From positions 43,896,001 through 43,960,000 of the forward strand of contig CM097887.1 in assembly GCA_044892525.1 (NCBI GenBank): DNA of 64,000 nucleotides. The letters run 5' to 3'. Positions 29,601 through 43,000 of the stretch are shown here, piece by piece. Every line of letters begins with the position of its first letter. Position 1 is the first letter of the stretch. The notes below the pieces were generated by a model, which worked only from the letters and a program-made list of their open reading frames with translations, was not told where the DNA came from and searched no databases. This DNA is from Schmidtea polychroa (taxonomy: Eukaryota). The position numbers and the translations under genes were made by a program.

Positions 29601-30514
29601 AAGGCACCTCATACCATGACATGGAGTATCTCAACTCCACGTTACTCGTTAAATGAAAATTCATAAAATCTTTAATTCAAATAAAATACGGACATCTGGA
29701 TAAAAATATTTTATTGATTCTGAAATACTTAAATAATACAAATTCCATCAATACGTTAAAGTTATTAAAATGGAGAATCAAATGAAGAGAGTTAACTAAA
29801 ATGTTTAATCGTTAATATTTAACATTATTATTAGCTTTGCAAATACTTAAATAAATCTATAAACAAATGAAATACCCCTTACTATTGTTAGGCTGAGTCA
29901 AAATTCAATGTTGTTCGTTCCAAATAGTTCTAATGGTGGTCCGTTGGATGTCGATTATTGTGATGAATGGTATTTCGGTCTCTGAACTGGTTTTGAATAG
30001 TTGTGGAGTTTTCTGAATGACGGTTGCTTGGCTAGTAGTGTCGATCCTATGAAATGCTCGGGGTTAACAGTAAGCAGTAAACATTCTTTCTTACCTATGA
30101 AATGCTCGGGGTTAACAGTAAATTTAATGTTTTTGGTAGTTGTATATATATCAAATTCTTATTTGTGCGGACCAATCAGAGTTGAGTACCGCTTATTTCT
30201 ATTAATTTAATATAATTTTCTTGTTTTTAGGTTGTTTTTTCCTTATTTTCTTTATTTTTAATATGTTTTTCTATTTATTTCCTTAATTTCCTTATTATTT
30301 CTTGAATTCCTCTTTATTTATTTGTCAACTTGTTCTATTTTAATCTTTTCTTAATTTTATTTTTTTGTTTTAATTCTTATGTCTTAATTATTATTTTCCT
30401 TATATCTTATTCTATTTTATTTCTGATTTTATTTATTTTATTTTTATTTTTCTTAATGTTCTACTTCCCTACTTTCTTATTTTTCAACGATTAAATTTTC
30501 GACTCAGCCCAACA
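26672..30514 (-). repeat. 5' LTR (3,843 bp)
   Basis: Second copy of the LTR; followed on the minus strand by the PBS, so it is the 5' LTR. Confidence 0.97.
27206..27994 (-). CDS. Second copy of the LTR-encoded 262-aa protein
   Basis: Translation identical to 1266-2054. Confidence 0.75.
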   Translation of the reverse strand: MFSISLVLFIASMLPTTKSALRPCFSCADKNTVIKDLQTQIGRYKRKIDELEGTWFSPARMKEIQKKLDRSEHCRDALISESRAQRSLIREQSEALHKVYVQAATTRKIVQIPIREADDIFPPHHNLSSNPSPPFKRPCRDCVETEWSPKRPDVVITGTSKPPTASPSVSVTLLQVASSSKPKRKQLSRAERKKRQRERATAKPNIPSIEDSTNGGNSHVSIDLTTGPSARIISAAGVRWEENASEFFNLDELFADTEWEKQ

Positions 30515-30771
30515 AAGGTCATTTTCAAAGTCATATGACTCAACCGATGGGTCATAAAAATTTTCAAGGTCATTTAAACAAAGAGCAAGACTCATCCAAG
30601 GTTATTCCCAAGGTCATATGCGTCATTGCGATGAGTCATCAAGGTCCTATTATTATTTTTAAAAAATATTATTATTTTATTATAAGTTCCCGCCGACGAA
30701 AATTATTCATCGATAGCTCATTTTAAAGCTCAATCCAAGACCTTTCGAATGAGCTATATATCTTGTTATTA

Positions 30772-30953
30772 NNNNNNNNNNNNNNNNNNNNNNNNNNNNN
30801 NNNNNNNNNNNNNNNNNNNNNNNNNNNNNNNNNNNNNNNNNNNNNNNNNNNNNNNNNNNNNNNNNNNNNNNNNNNNNNNNNNNNNNNNNNNNNNNNNNNN
30901 NNNNNNNNNNNNNNNNNNNNNNNNNNNNNNNNNNNNNNNNNNNNNNNNNNNNN
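30772..30953. other. Assembly gap (N)
   Basis: Run of N. Confidence 1.
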
Positions 30954-31479
30954 AATCTATCCGACAAAATATTTTGTCCCCCTATGGGTAATGCTCACAA
31001 TGGTACTGGTCACGCTCAACAACTCGCAAATCAGCAAATCAACGAAACATACATTTATTTAAACAATAAAATAATGTAAAATTAACAAAGGTAAACTAAA
31101 TATTGATGTACTACTATTCGCAGCAATATTGTTTGAAAACAAACGGCAATACAAAAGTACTCATCGATGACTCATTTATTTTTTGAACAAAGACAATGAC
31201 GCGCCCATGGGATATATTATTTATTACTATCAATAGTATTATTATTATTATTATTAATATTAATATTATTATTATTATTATCATCAAGTTTTAATTACCA
31301 AGGTAATTTAAACAAAGACCATGACTCAGTCGCTGAATCATCAAGGTCGTTCTATTTTTAGTAACAAAGACATCTATTTTTAGTAACATTTTGAATATAT
31401 TTTTAGTAACATTTTTGATCCGATCATTGATCCGATGACTCGCCAAGGTCATTCTATTTTTAGTAACAAAGACATCTAT

Positions 31480-32111
31480 TTTTGTTCCAGCGGTTTATTT
31501 TTGTTTTAATTATCGAATACGTAATAATTTAATTTTGTTTAAATCGTTGATTATGTAATAATAACATGTTTTGTTTTAATTATCGATTACTCAATAATTT
31601 AATTTTGTTTAAATCGTTGATTATGTAATATTTTTTGATTTAATTGTCGATTGCGTAATAATTTAATTTATCATTATTATTGGGAAAGATATTACCGCTC
31701 GCGTGGAAAATGTTATTTTCAAAATTATTATTTTCGAAGTTTTAATCAATATTATTTTTATTATTATTATAATTATATAGTCCGAGTTTAAAAATCTAAA
31801 ATATGGTTTACACGCACAACCCATCAACCATTATTATTATTATTATCAATATTAAAAACATAAAATATTTTTACACACACACACATGCACAATCCATTAA
31901 ACATTATTATTATTAACGCAAATATTAGTGAAAAACCTAAAATATTTTTTACACGACCCATTAAACTTTATTATTACTATTATTATTATTATTGCAAATA
32001 TTAGTCAAAAACATAAAATATTTTTACACACACACACAACCCATTAACAATTATTATCAATATTAGTGAAAACCTAAAATATTTTCTACACACATATACA
32101 ACCCTTTGAAC

Positions 32112-32177
<66 letters not shown>

Positions 32178-32210
32178 ATTAGTCAAAAACTTAAAATAAT
32201 TTTTACACAC
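31480..32210. repeat. Degenerate AT-rich tandem duplications and (ATT)n microsatellites
   Basis: About 70-bp duplication near 31500-31630; repeated aatattagt...aaaatatt...tacac units; (ATT)n at about 32113-32175. Confidence 0.7.
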
Positions 32211-34288
32211 TAAGTTATGGGGTAGAGAATTATTATATGTTTGCAGTATTCTGTGTTTGCCTTTACAGGAAATTGTCAATAAGGAGTGATAATTTTATAC
32301 ATACATTCTATATACACATACCTTTTTAAAATGGATGTATATACTCCTAGTCTATCCGACAAGATATTCTGTCCCCCTATGGGTATTGCTCACAAGGGTA
32401 CTACTCACACTCAACATGTCGCAAGGGTAAATTAATTAAGGTTAGTAAATAAAACTTATCACACATACTATTTTTAATAATTATTTAAACTATAAAAATC
32501 AAGACAAGAGAGGACAAGGCAAAGTTTATGCATTTAGTATTGCCAGGTCTAATGAGCAGTGACCAAATATCTGTGCCTGAAAGACACGGTGGATATTTGT
32601 TCGCGTCCACAAGGGTCGTCTGTGCCTCCCCCAAGTGGGGTCAAAAGAACCTGGGCATTATAGCTTTCCGTACGGAACATTACGCCTAGCATGGGTAGTC
32701 AACTACCAGCACATTCGAAACGTATAAAAATACATTACAAAATGCATGCGTCATTGGCACTATAACCAAATTAATTAATGTTTTCACTAACAACAATATA
32801 TATTTACAGAGGCCTCCCACTAGTTGGATTACAACCGCCCACCACGACGATCAGCTTGTAAATATATATTAATTAAGGGATAAAGAGGACCCACCCAACT
32901 CTTTTATATTTAATTTACAAATTTTTCTCACTCTTCTGCTGGTAATCTATCTCAAAATTATCATCTCCATCGGGCCATTTGGAATACATCTTGCAAATTG
33001 GACGTATTTCTTAGTTTCTGATGCGGCGTCAACTATCATTGCTAAAATTTATATTGATTTAAAAGCAATTAACTTACATTATCTAACATTTTATCGTCAC
33101 AGGCTTGATAAATTAGTCAACTGTTATTTGTGGTATACTTTTTCCATGTCATTTCCCACCATAAAACACAGATACCTAAATATAATATATATATTTTAAA
33201 GAATTAATTCATGTCTTACATTAATAATAATATTCTTCATGTAGTACTTTACAATATCTAATTGCTAAAACATCGATTTTTCCCATTTTTTTTGACATTC
33301 GTTGAAAGTTTACATAATTTAAGTCTGATAAGTAAACATTCATGTTGAAGGACACCCACAATCAGCTAATTCATTTAAGAAATCCGGAACTATAACTCCT
33401 TTAGTGTTTCACCATTTTGTCTGGTCATCTTCCCCATAATCCAATAATTCATGTTTTAATAAGAAATCTCTAAATCCAGAACATAAGTCTTTTAGTGTTT
33501 CACTATTTTTTCTGGTTTATCTTCTTCATAATTATATAATTCATTTTCTTCATTACTAAGTAAAATAATTAAAATATTGTAGTAAATTCTTTATATACTT
33601 ACTTTATGGATACTAAAACGAAAGAAATAAAGTTATGAAAAGTTTATTTAAATAATTTAAATTTAGTTATTTAAAAATATTTAAACAATTTAGTTATTTA
33701 AGCATATTTAAACATTAATATTATTATATAGTATAATTTTATATAATATTATAATATTATAATTTTATGTATTCTAAATTTATTAATGAATACAGTATAA
33801 TTTTATATAATATTATAATTTTATGTACACTTATATATCCTTCATTTAATTTTTTAAATTCAAAAATTTATAATGAAGATTCTTTGAATTAAAAAATATT
33901 CTGTTAGTATTTCCAGGCAGAAAACAACGAATTCAATAATTAAATCTTAATTTTCATGTTGTTAGGGTTGTGGCCAGAAGTTAATCGCCATCTAATCGTT
34001 TGTTCTCAATTTCGATCATTTTTGTTCAAAACATTCAGGTGAGTTGTTATCTGGAAAGTTTCTTTTAGCTCAGTTTTGTTAAAACACTCACGGTATTTTT
34101 GAGGGACGTGACACTGGAAATAAATTAACAATGGGTGGTCATCCATACATGTTGTTGGTCTGAGCTGTCGATTTACTTTAGAAATAGGTATATTAAAAAC
34201 ATTTAAGTTATCATTCAGTAAAATAATATAGTATTTTTTAGTTAATTTATAAATAACAGTATTTTGATATATCAATAAAGACCATATA

Positions 34289-36069
34289 CTCCGAGTTCAT
34301 CCGACAAAATATTCTGTCCCCCTATGGGTATTACCAGCAAGGGTACTGGTCACATTCAACATGTCGCAAGGGTATAATAATCATTTAGAAATTCTTAGGT
34401 AATTTAGTGAGATGATCAGAAATTCGTGAATATTTTAAATGTAACTTTACACTTATGTCGAGCGACTAATTTATTGGTTAACCTTTTAGACATTTAAAGC
34501 AAAAGGTAATTTATTCATCTAATGTTCGTTACAATAGTTATTAATATGAGAAAAACATGGTCATTATTCATTGATAATTTTAAATTCTTTATCATTTGGA
34601 GTAAATTTGTTCGAGGCAAAAATATTTAAAGGAGTCATAATAGAAATATGGTTATCATTTAACCAAATAAGGTGCTTATTAGTTAAAAATACATGTTCAT
34701 ATAGGGTTATATTTCTTTTCTAATTTAATTAGATGATCATTAGACGTAATATATCTTTGCGAGAAATTTCAGATGTTTGAGTAACCAAAACATGGATATT
34801 TTGTGGGAAAAATTTATGAATATTGGTTAATTTTGTTATTTTTAGTCATTTAAAATAATATTTAGCAAAGGTAATTTAGCAAAATATCATTTATCCATCC
34901 GATAACAATATTCCTTCAATAGATTAACTGATATTTAACCGATTTAATTTCTAGAAATCTAATTAAAATCATAAATTTCCTTCACTGATATCCTCACAAT
35001 GAATAAAATAACTTCTTAAATAAACTAATTTAAAGAAATAACCTTTGATATCAATTATCTCTAAAGATTTCAAATATTTCATTGTCAAAACCAAGTAAAT
35101 AGATTATTAACCCTAAACGACTTAATAAAACAGTGGATAATTAATAAAAACTTGTTCTAAAACATAAATCTAAATTACTGTGCAATAACATTCATCACGA
35201 CCTAATAAACCTCTAAAACGATATAAGTTCACTGGAATTATTATTAATTCATAGCTAAATACTGACTATTTCCTTTGAAAATTTGATATTTTACCAATAA
35301 GAACATTGTCGATTTAAATAGAGATTTAATTGTTAAAAACATTCTTCCATTGAAATAATTTAGTAGCTAAATTCAAAGAGTTCACTAAAAGATCAAAATT
35401 CATTAAAATAAATATTTAATCACATGTATCATCAAATACCTAACTAGAGATGATAATATCTCATTGATTGATCATAATTCTTCATCGATTCAACTAATTA
35501 TAACCATTATAACATGATATATCTTTCAAACTAAATTTCGGTATATTTTACAATAATTTTCAAGTAAATTTCAAATATATCATCATCGTGAAAAAATTAT
35601 CTGGTTTCAACTTTAGATTTTCAATATTTTAAAGTTCATCAATGTGTAAATATTCTTAGAAAAATATATGAAAAAATTATATAGTCAAATTCCATATCAT
35701 TACAAAGTCATCATCATCAAATTTATCCTATCACTAACATTAAAAATTAATTTTTATTTAAAATTTAAAAACAAGTCAATAAAATATAGCAAATTATCAA
35801 GAAATTAATTAAATTTATCTTAGAATTAACACTAAACCTTAAATTTTTAAATATTCTTTCAATTAACATGAAATTCACAAAAAATGTTAGTAAAATCCCG
35901 CTAACTCTAAAAAATTATCAATGAATTTAATGCCAAATAATAACCAAAAATTTGCCTAAATAAAATCATTAAAACACAACAGTACCTTTATGACCAGTAC
36001 CCTTACGACCAATAGCTTTACAAGCAGTACCCATAGAGGGAGAAAATATGTTGTCGGATAAACTCAGAG
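34289..36069. mobile_element. Non-autonomous TIR element with TA-flanked CTC...GAG ends; extra left-end copies at about 30955 and 32344
   Basis: Left ctccgagttcatccgacaaaatattctgtcccctatgggta, right end reverse-complements to ctctgagtttatccgacaacatattttctccctctatgggta; both flanked by TATA. No intact transposase seen. Confidence 0.7.
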
Positions 36070-36139
36070 TATATATAATAAAACGAATTAACAATAACTC
36101 TATCAAATTGAATCAGTCAAATTATCACAAATTTGATAA

Positions 36140-38588
36140 AAAAAAAACCCGAACAGTGAAACCTACAAAATTATATCCTCCTTCTCGGGACAAAACAACT
36201 CACAAATATTCGAAATACCAGCAATCATAAATGGAGAACAAATTGACTTTCTCATAGATACAGGCGCTGATCTCAGCATCCTTCCCGCAAACCGTTTCAA
36301 GCCTGATAGAAATGGAGAACATCGATCTTTAGTATCCGCCAACAATTCATCAATCACATACCACGGGCAGAAAACGATTGAATTTACTATTGAAGGATTC
36401 AGAACTAAATTTATATGGTCTTTTGCTATAGCCGGCATATCTCGTCCAATTTTAGGTGCAGACTTCCTGGCCCATCACAAAATCGATGTTAGTTGTCATT
36501 CCAGATCAATATGTTGCCCTAGCAGTAACGAAAGAATAGAAGCGCGGAGAAGCCAATGTGCCAAGATCTGTGCTACAATCAACAAAGAAACCACATTAAC
36601 CACGAAACTACAAATTATCACCAATGGTTCCCCTGTAGCTCAAAGACAAAGACCACTTTTTGGAGAAAAATTAGTTGCAACAAAGAAAGAGTTTGACAGA
36701 CTCTTAAATGAAGGTGTGATTCGGCCAAGCAAGAGTGACTGGGCATCTCCATTAGTAGTGGTTAAGAAGCCGGATGGGTCATGGGGGCCTTGTAGAGACT
36801 ACAGAATGTTAAATGAAATAACCCAGCCTGACAGATATCCACTTCCAAGAATTCAAGATTTACTGAACAAGATAAACAACCCTCATGTATTCACTAAATT
36901 AGATTTGGAAAAGGCATATCATCAAATTCCAATTTGTGACGGAGACATTTCAAAGACAGCAGTCATAACACCTTTTGGATTGTTCGAATATACGAAGATG
37001 CCTTTTGGACTTCGAAACGCATCTCAAACGTTTCAGAGACACATGGACAACGTACTCCGAGAACATCAGGAGCATTCCTTATCCTATATTGATGATGTTC
37101 TGATATTCTCCAAGACTGAAGCAGAGCATAAAGAACACGTGGCAAGGGTGATGGCCAGTCTTCAAGCCGCTGGTCTCACAATCAACCAGAGCAAATGCGA
37201 ATTCCAAACCGAAAAGGTAAACTTTTTGGGTTTTGAATTAACAAAACAAGGAATAAAACCCTCTGAAGAACGCACGTTGGCAATTAGCAATTTAAAGAAG
37301 TCAACTAACAGTCAAGATTTACGACGTTTCATTGGTGGCATCGGCTATTATCACTGGCTAATTCCAAGGCTGTCAGATACACTGAGTCCACTGCATGACT
37401 TGTTACAAGAGTCGGTCAATAAAAAGGAAGATCTCTTATGGCAAGACTGCCATACACACGCTTTCATGAGTGCCAAAAATTCGGTACGTGAAATCAGCAA
37501 CGTTTCATATCCTAACCCGTCCAAGCCATTCCTATTATGCACTGACGCATCTTCTAAAGCAATTGGAGCAAGTCTAAGTCAAATCAACGAAGAAAATAAA
37601 TCATTTCCAATTGCTTTCTTTTCGAGGAAATTAAATCTAACCGAACAGAAGTATTCTACCTTTGACAGGGAGTTACTGGCAATATTCTTATCTATAAAAC
37701 AGTTTAAGCATTTCTTAGACGGTTCTCATTTCACAGTCATGACGGACCACAAACCTTTACTACGAGCTAGACATATGAAAGATCCATCGCCAAGGCAATG
37801 GCGAATAATCGAATACCTTGATCAATTTGATTTCACCATCGAATTCATCAAAGGGGAAGATAATGTAGTCGCCGATCTCTTGTCCAGACCATGCAGTAAT
37901 CAAAACCTACAAGTATCAACGGTGGAAATTAATTTCGTCGAATTCACGAAAGAAAGGTTAAAAGAAGAACAAAGGAAAGATCAGACCTTATCTACACTGA
38001 AAAATGCAAGTCTCCAGTTATGTAGTACTACGGATGACATTCTCATTGACAATTCTACGGGGGAAACCAGAGTAGTACTGCCAAAAATATTCCGACATCA
38101 AGAATTTCTAAGAATTCATAACATATCGCATCCAGCATCCAAACCAAGAGAAGTTGACATCGATTCAAGAGGAAATCGACTCACAACTAAGTAACAAACA
38201 AACAAGCCAACCAAAAGAACATAGTTTTGTAAGCAAACTATTAGTTCACTGCAAAAGAGTGTGGCTTCGATCTGAATTTAGGAAATCGTTAGGAGATCCG
38301 TACACGGGACCATACGACGTCATAGAAAGATCCGATGACAATAAAACGGTAAAAATCAAAATCGGAGACCAAGTAAAAAATGTTAGCATCGACCGTCTCA
38401 AGCCATGGATTGGAACGGACGAATTGGCTCCGCAATCTTAAGGGGGAGTTGTGTTGGGACATTAATTAATTATTCAACACAATAATTTTAAAACAATATT
38501 TAAAAACAATTTAATTTGTTTAAATATTGTGTTTGTTATAAAAATAAAATTTTTTGAACACCAAAAGACGTGTAACTATGAGTCTTAC
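36140..38588 (+). mobile_element. Small, internally deleted Ty3/Gypsy element (PR-RT-RH open 36140-38194, integrase core missing, GPY/F tail 38154-38441, PPT, short 3' LTR)
   Basis: FLIDTGADLS, WASPLVVVKKPDG, SYIDD, CTDASSK; HNISHP then a frame change to YTGPYDV...VSIDRLKP; AAGGGGGAG at 38440-38448 followed by TGTGTTGGG. The LTR end near 38588 is tentative. Confidence 0.85.
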
Positions 38589-40033
38589 AATGATTATACC
38601 TTGGAACACCCACCTTATGATAACAGTTATCTACGAAAGAAAGGTAAAAATCTAGTGACTAATTATAATTGCGGTAAAATTTGAATGAAGTTGTTTTGTG
38701 TTAGGTTTTAGTTATTTATTTAGAAAAGGACACGAAGAGTTAGAAACTAACCGACTTGTTAAATAATAACCAGACAATATACTTCGGCATTATTACATAC
38801 ATCCTTGCATCCTTGACATTTACTTCTTTGCATATTAATTCAAATTAATGTATTTCTATGCTTACTACACTTGCTCTCACTTTGGATTCATCAATAAATA
38901 TATGTCACATAATTTTCTTTCTTCAAATACCTAATTTAATGTCTAAATCAATCGATTTTCTAAAGGTTTTCAAATTCTAATAGGGAATCATTATCTGGTG
39001 ATATTAAATGGAGACCATAGTAAAACACAGTAAAACATGAATCTTTGAAGTCTGATGTATTCTGCTTGAGCAGCCGTGATAAGTTGTTTTCGTTTGTTAT
39101 AATGCTAGACCTTTTGACTTATTAGCAACGTCATTTAGTGACGAGTAATATTTATCATAATCAGATTATGATAAATTTATATCAGTTTGATGAAAAGTAA
39201 ATGTTTGAAAGCACTCCATTTAAATGTAATTCTCAGATATTCTCTAGTTCACTTTTAGGCAATATTTAATTGAAGTGTTTCCAGCAGTACTGTTAGGTTT
39301 GGTTCTCCTTAAACAAGTTATTTAATTAATAACAAGGGTGGTGCGAGCGGTGCAGTCGCAAAGTTTGCACATCTGAAAGGGGAGCAAAAAATTGGGATGT
39401 AACATTGTTTGAATGTTTCCAAAAAATAAAAAAATTATCAAATGGTATGCATGAAAACAAATGACACCCTAGCTAAGGTATTTTTAACATTACTGGTTGG
39501 ACTTGTCCATTAGCGTGCCTTAGTAGGTGTGCATTTTGTAAAATGTTAATCCACAAAATGGGTTCCTGTCATTTTTTCATTAGCAACAGAATTTTAAAAG
39601 CATTACTACCTATTATAATTGCTGGAAATGAATACATACATAGTTAGCAATCTTGACATGAACATTATATTGTATTTATTAAGAAGCTTGACTATGAATC
39701 AGTAAATTTTATGAATCGCACAGGGTGCAATAATGTCTTGTTACGGCCCTGTACAATCTTACCGTTTTTTATTTAATTAAAAAATAAAAAAATGTTATTT
39801 TATTTTTTAAACTTATTAAATCTAAAATTTTGCAATTAATAAATTTCATTAAATATTTAATTATAAAAATTATTTAACTTATAATTTAAATTCAGTTTTT
39901 ATATAGCTCAATTTATATTAACATTTTCTTTGGAATATAGTATAATTTTTTATCAAGATAATAAGTTGTTTAAATAATTATTAAAATAGTACTTAGCTTA
40001 AAACTTTAAGTTAAAAGTTTAATTTTAAGTAAA

Positions 40034-43000
40034 ATGTCATTTAACAATAGCTTCTTCAAAACTGCTCAGGCGAATCAAAATACAAATCAGTCTAACGCTC
40101 AAGAAATTGAAATTCCTCAAGCTCCTTCTGATACTATCTCATGCTTAAAGTTTAGCACTGATTTGTCTCCAGTTACTTACTTAATGGCGGGCAGTTGGGA
40201 TAAGACTGTAAAAATTTGGGAAATAACAGAACAAGGTCAAGCAATCTCTCGTGCGCAGCAAAGTTTTCAAGCTCCGGTTTTAGATTGTTGTTGGAGTCAT
40301 GATTCAACAAAGGCATTTATTTCATGTACTGACAATTTCGGTTACATGTGGAATATAGCCACACAAACTGTTTCTCAAATTGCAGTTCATGATGCACCAA
40401 TTAAAATTATCAAGTTTATAAAAGCGCCCAATTATTCTTGTGTGATGACTGGAAGTTGGGATAAAAAACTTAAGTAAATCTATGTATTGAAATAAATAAT
40501 TATATTTTCTTAGATTTTGGGATATGGTAAGCAATCAACCGATTAAAGTAATGGAACTTTCTGACAAAGTTTATTGCGCTGATGTTCATTATCCAGTCGC
40601 TGTAGTTGGTACTGCTGATAAAAAGATTTATGTTTACAATTTACAAAACGAACCGGTTGAATTTAAACAATATCCATCGCAATTGAAATGCCAAGTAAGA
40701 TTTTTAACTGAGAATAAATATATTTTTTAAATTTAAATATTAATTTTATTTATATCTCACAAAAGTTATTAAAATCAAAGAAGACCAGAGAATGCACTGT
40801 TGACACTAGCATTTTTTAAATAAATTCTAGTTTAGCTGCTCCATCCGTAGAAAGAAGTTAAGCTTATTAACGAAAGAAATTACATAAAAAATGAATGAAT
40901 GGGAATTGATCCTTATTTAGCACATCTAACCAAGACCATGATTAATTCAGTTTTTCTATTATGTTCCTAACCAAAGTACTATAAGTACAAAATGATAGGC
41001 CAATAGTGAATACGACTACTCATCATACCCTTGTTTGGCACATGGGAGGTGGCAATATTAATCATATCGAAACTCGCTCTCTGGTGAATACCGTACAATT
41101 TCTTTGCCTCTTCAACCTTAATAGCAGAGCAGTTCGTTGGTATTTCAAATTTTAATATTTTGGTTCCAGCAGCAGTGACGACGTCTTTTTACATTCTAAG
41201 AAAAGAAAAGTTGTTATACCTATTCAATAGCTAAGTGAAGAAGAAAATGAATACTGAACATTTTCTCATATTCCCTGAAAACAGCCGCAATCCAGTGATG
41301 AATATTTTTTGCAATTTTTAGATTGAGCTGGCATCACTTAACAAGGAATTAACTTTTGTCCTATTTTACAAATAGATAGGAATGGTTCATAAGTTCAGTT
41401 AGGATTTTACTTTCTCTTTCATTACATCCTGCATCAACATCGTGCTGTTCTCCTTATCATTCAATATCCATAGTTTTTCTATTCCACTTGAAACTGTCGA
41501 AATCAATTGAATGGCTCTTTTATGTAGTATTTTTATAGATGAGATCAATTCGATTGCTTCTGCATTTGCTTCATAGGCCTGTGGGAAATGTACATTCAAA
41601 TCGGCATTGAAACGATTACAACAAGAGGAATTAAAACTGTAACAACGATATTAAACGCCTGGAAACTCAATCTGTACACAACATAACCATTATAAATATG
41701 CCGTTGGACAAAGTCACCAACTTTTAACTTTCTAGCAGCTTCTATTCTCCATTTCGGTATTCCTCATCAATTTTCATTGACTCATTAGTTGTTGTGGCTC
41801 ATTGTCAATACCTTGCACATATGCTATTGCACCAGGTTACTATCCAGCACCGTTAAGGAGTAATTGTTATATGTGTAACCTTTTCTGTGAAAGTAAGCTT
41901 CATTGCACAATTTTCTGGGATACTAATCTCATTAATTTTCAAAGAGGGTCAGGATATATGGCAGTAAAATTGGTTCGTTTCCCCATAATATTGCCTTGGA
42001 TTTGACGTTTCTTATTGACTAATCTTTGAATTATGCCCCGGATGACGGCATCGGGTTATTCACTGTGCATATCATGTAGTTTGTTGTCACTGCAGTAAAA
42101 TTGTGATGTCGTCCTCTCGGCTGGTATTCTCAGGAGAGGCTTGAGCTGACGGTCTAATGCAAATTGGCGGCACTGGAATGTGATTGATTATCGAGTAGGA
42201 AACTTCGAAGTTATTTTTGTGAGACATTCCGAAAAAGTTCTAATGTTTGACTGGGATTGCTTGAAACAATTTAAATATACCGTAAAGCCTCAGTAGATTT
42301 CGATATATATATATATATATATATAGCAGTGGTTCTCAATTAATATAAAAGCGCGGAACACCATTCACATGATTTTTTTTACGCGGAACACTGACAAAAA
42401 AATACTTGCCCACAATGAGTGACCAATCACAAATTACTATAAATCTGTCGTAAACGTAAACAATGCCTTCTTATAAGCAAAGAAAATACCACGCGCAACA
42501 ATAACAAGCAATAAAAACACTTTTATATTTGTATGTTTATTTATCTGTGTAACGGCTTTCTTATTGAATCATATTATTAAAAATTAATTGAGGTTTTTGA
42601 TGATATGTATCTTAGATGCAAATTTAAATATAAAATGTCATTTTTTTCGCGGAACACGGGTTGAGAACCACTGATATACAGGGTGGACCATAAGTCGCGA
42701 ACCAAAGAATTTAAAACAATTCTGATAATAATAAACGTTATTTTATTAAAACTAATGAACTAAGAAACACGTTGTACATGCTGGTACAATCATTAATGAT
42801 CCAAATGTTCACCAAAATTTCCATAAATTGTATATCAGGTAAGTCGCTGTTTTCATCTATCTGATTGCACTCACGACATCTGCTAGGAAAATATATTTCA
42901 CACCATTGATTTTACATTGTTTCACGTAATTCTATATAAATCTTTTGCCTTGGAATGGTGTCAATAAGAAGTATTCAAAAATACCTTAAATTATATCACA

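Larger units (their letters stand above)
732..30514 (-). mobile_element. Giant full-length Ty3/Gypsy (Metaviridae-like) LTR retroelement, 29,783 bp, with envelope-like glycoprotein and accessory genes
   Basis: Direct repeats 732-4574 and 26672-30514 (offset 25,940), each TGTTGGG...CCCAACA; AAGG at 728-731 and 30515-30518; PBS at 26647-26664; PR-RT-RH-IN order with Gypsy-type RT (RFCIDYRKLNAVTKRDTYPLP, YIDD). Confidence 0.97.

Noticed and set aside
30707-31062. ORFs spanning N runs (also 62123-62419)
   Set aside because: Artefacts of assembly gaps.
38450-38460. Small Gypsy LTR also begins TGTTGGG like the giant LTR
   Set aside because: TG-rich starts are generic for LTRs; no further similarity was seen and the two RTs are clearly divergent.
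41000-42250. Decayed coding-like segment on the minus strand in RAE1 intron 2
   Set aside because: Multiple stops and no motif I can assign; probably a TE relic, but it cannot be supported without a search.
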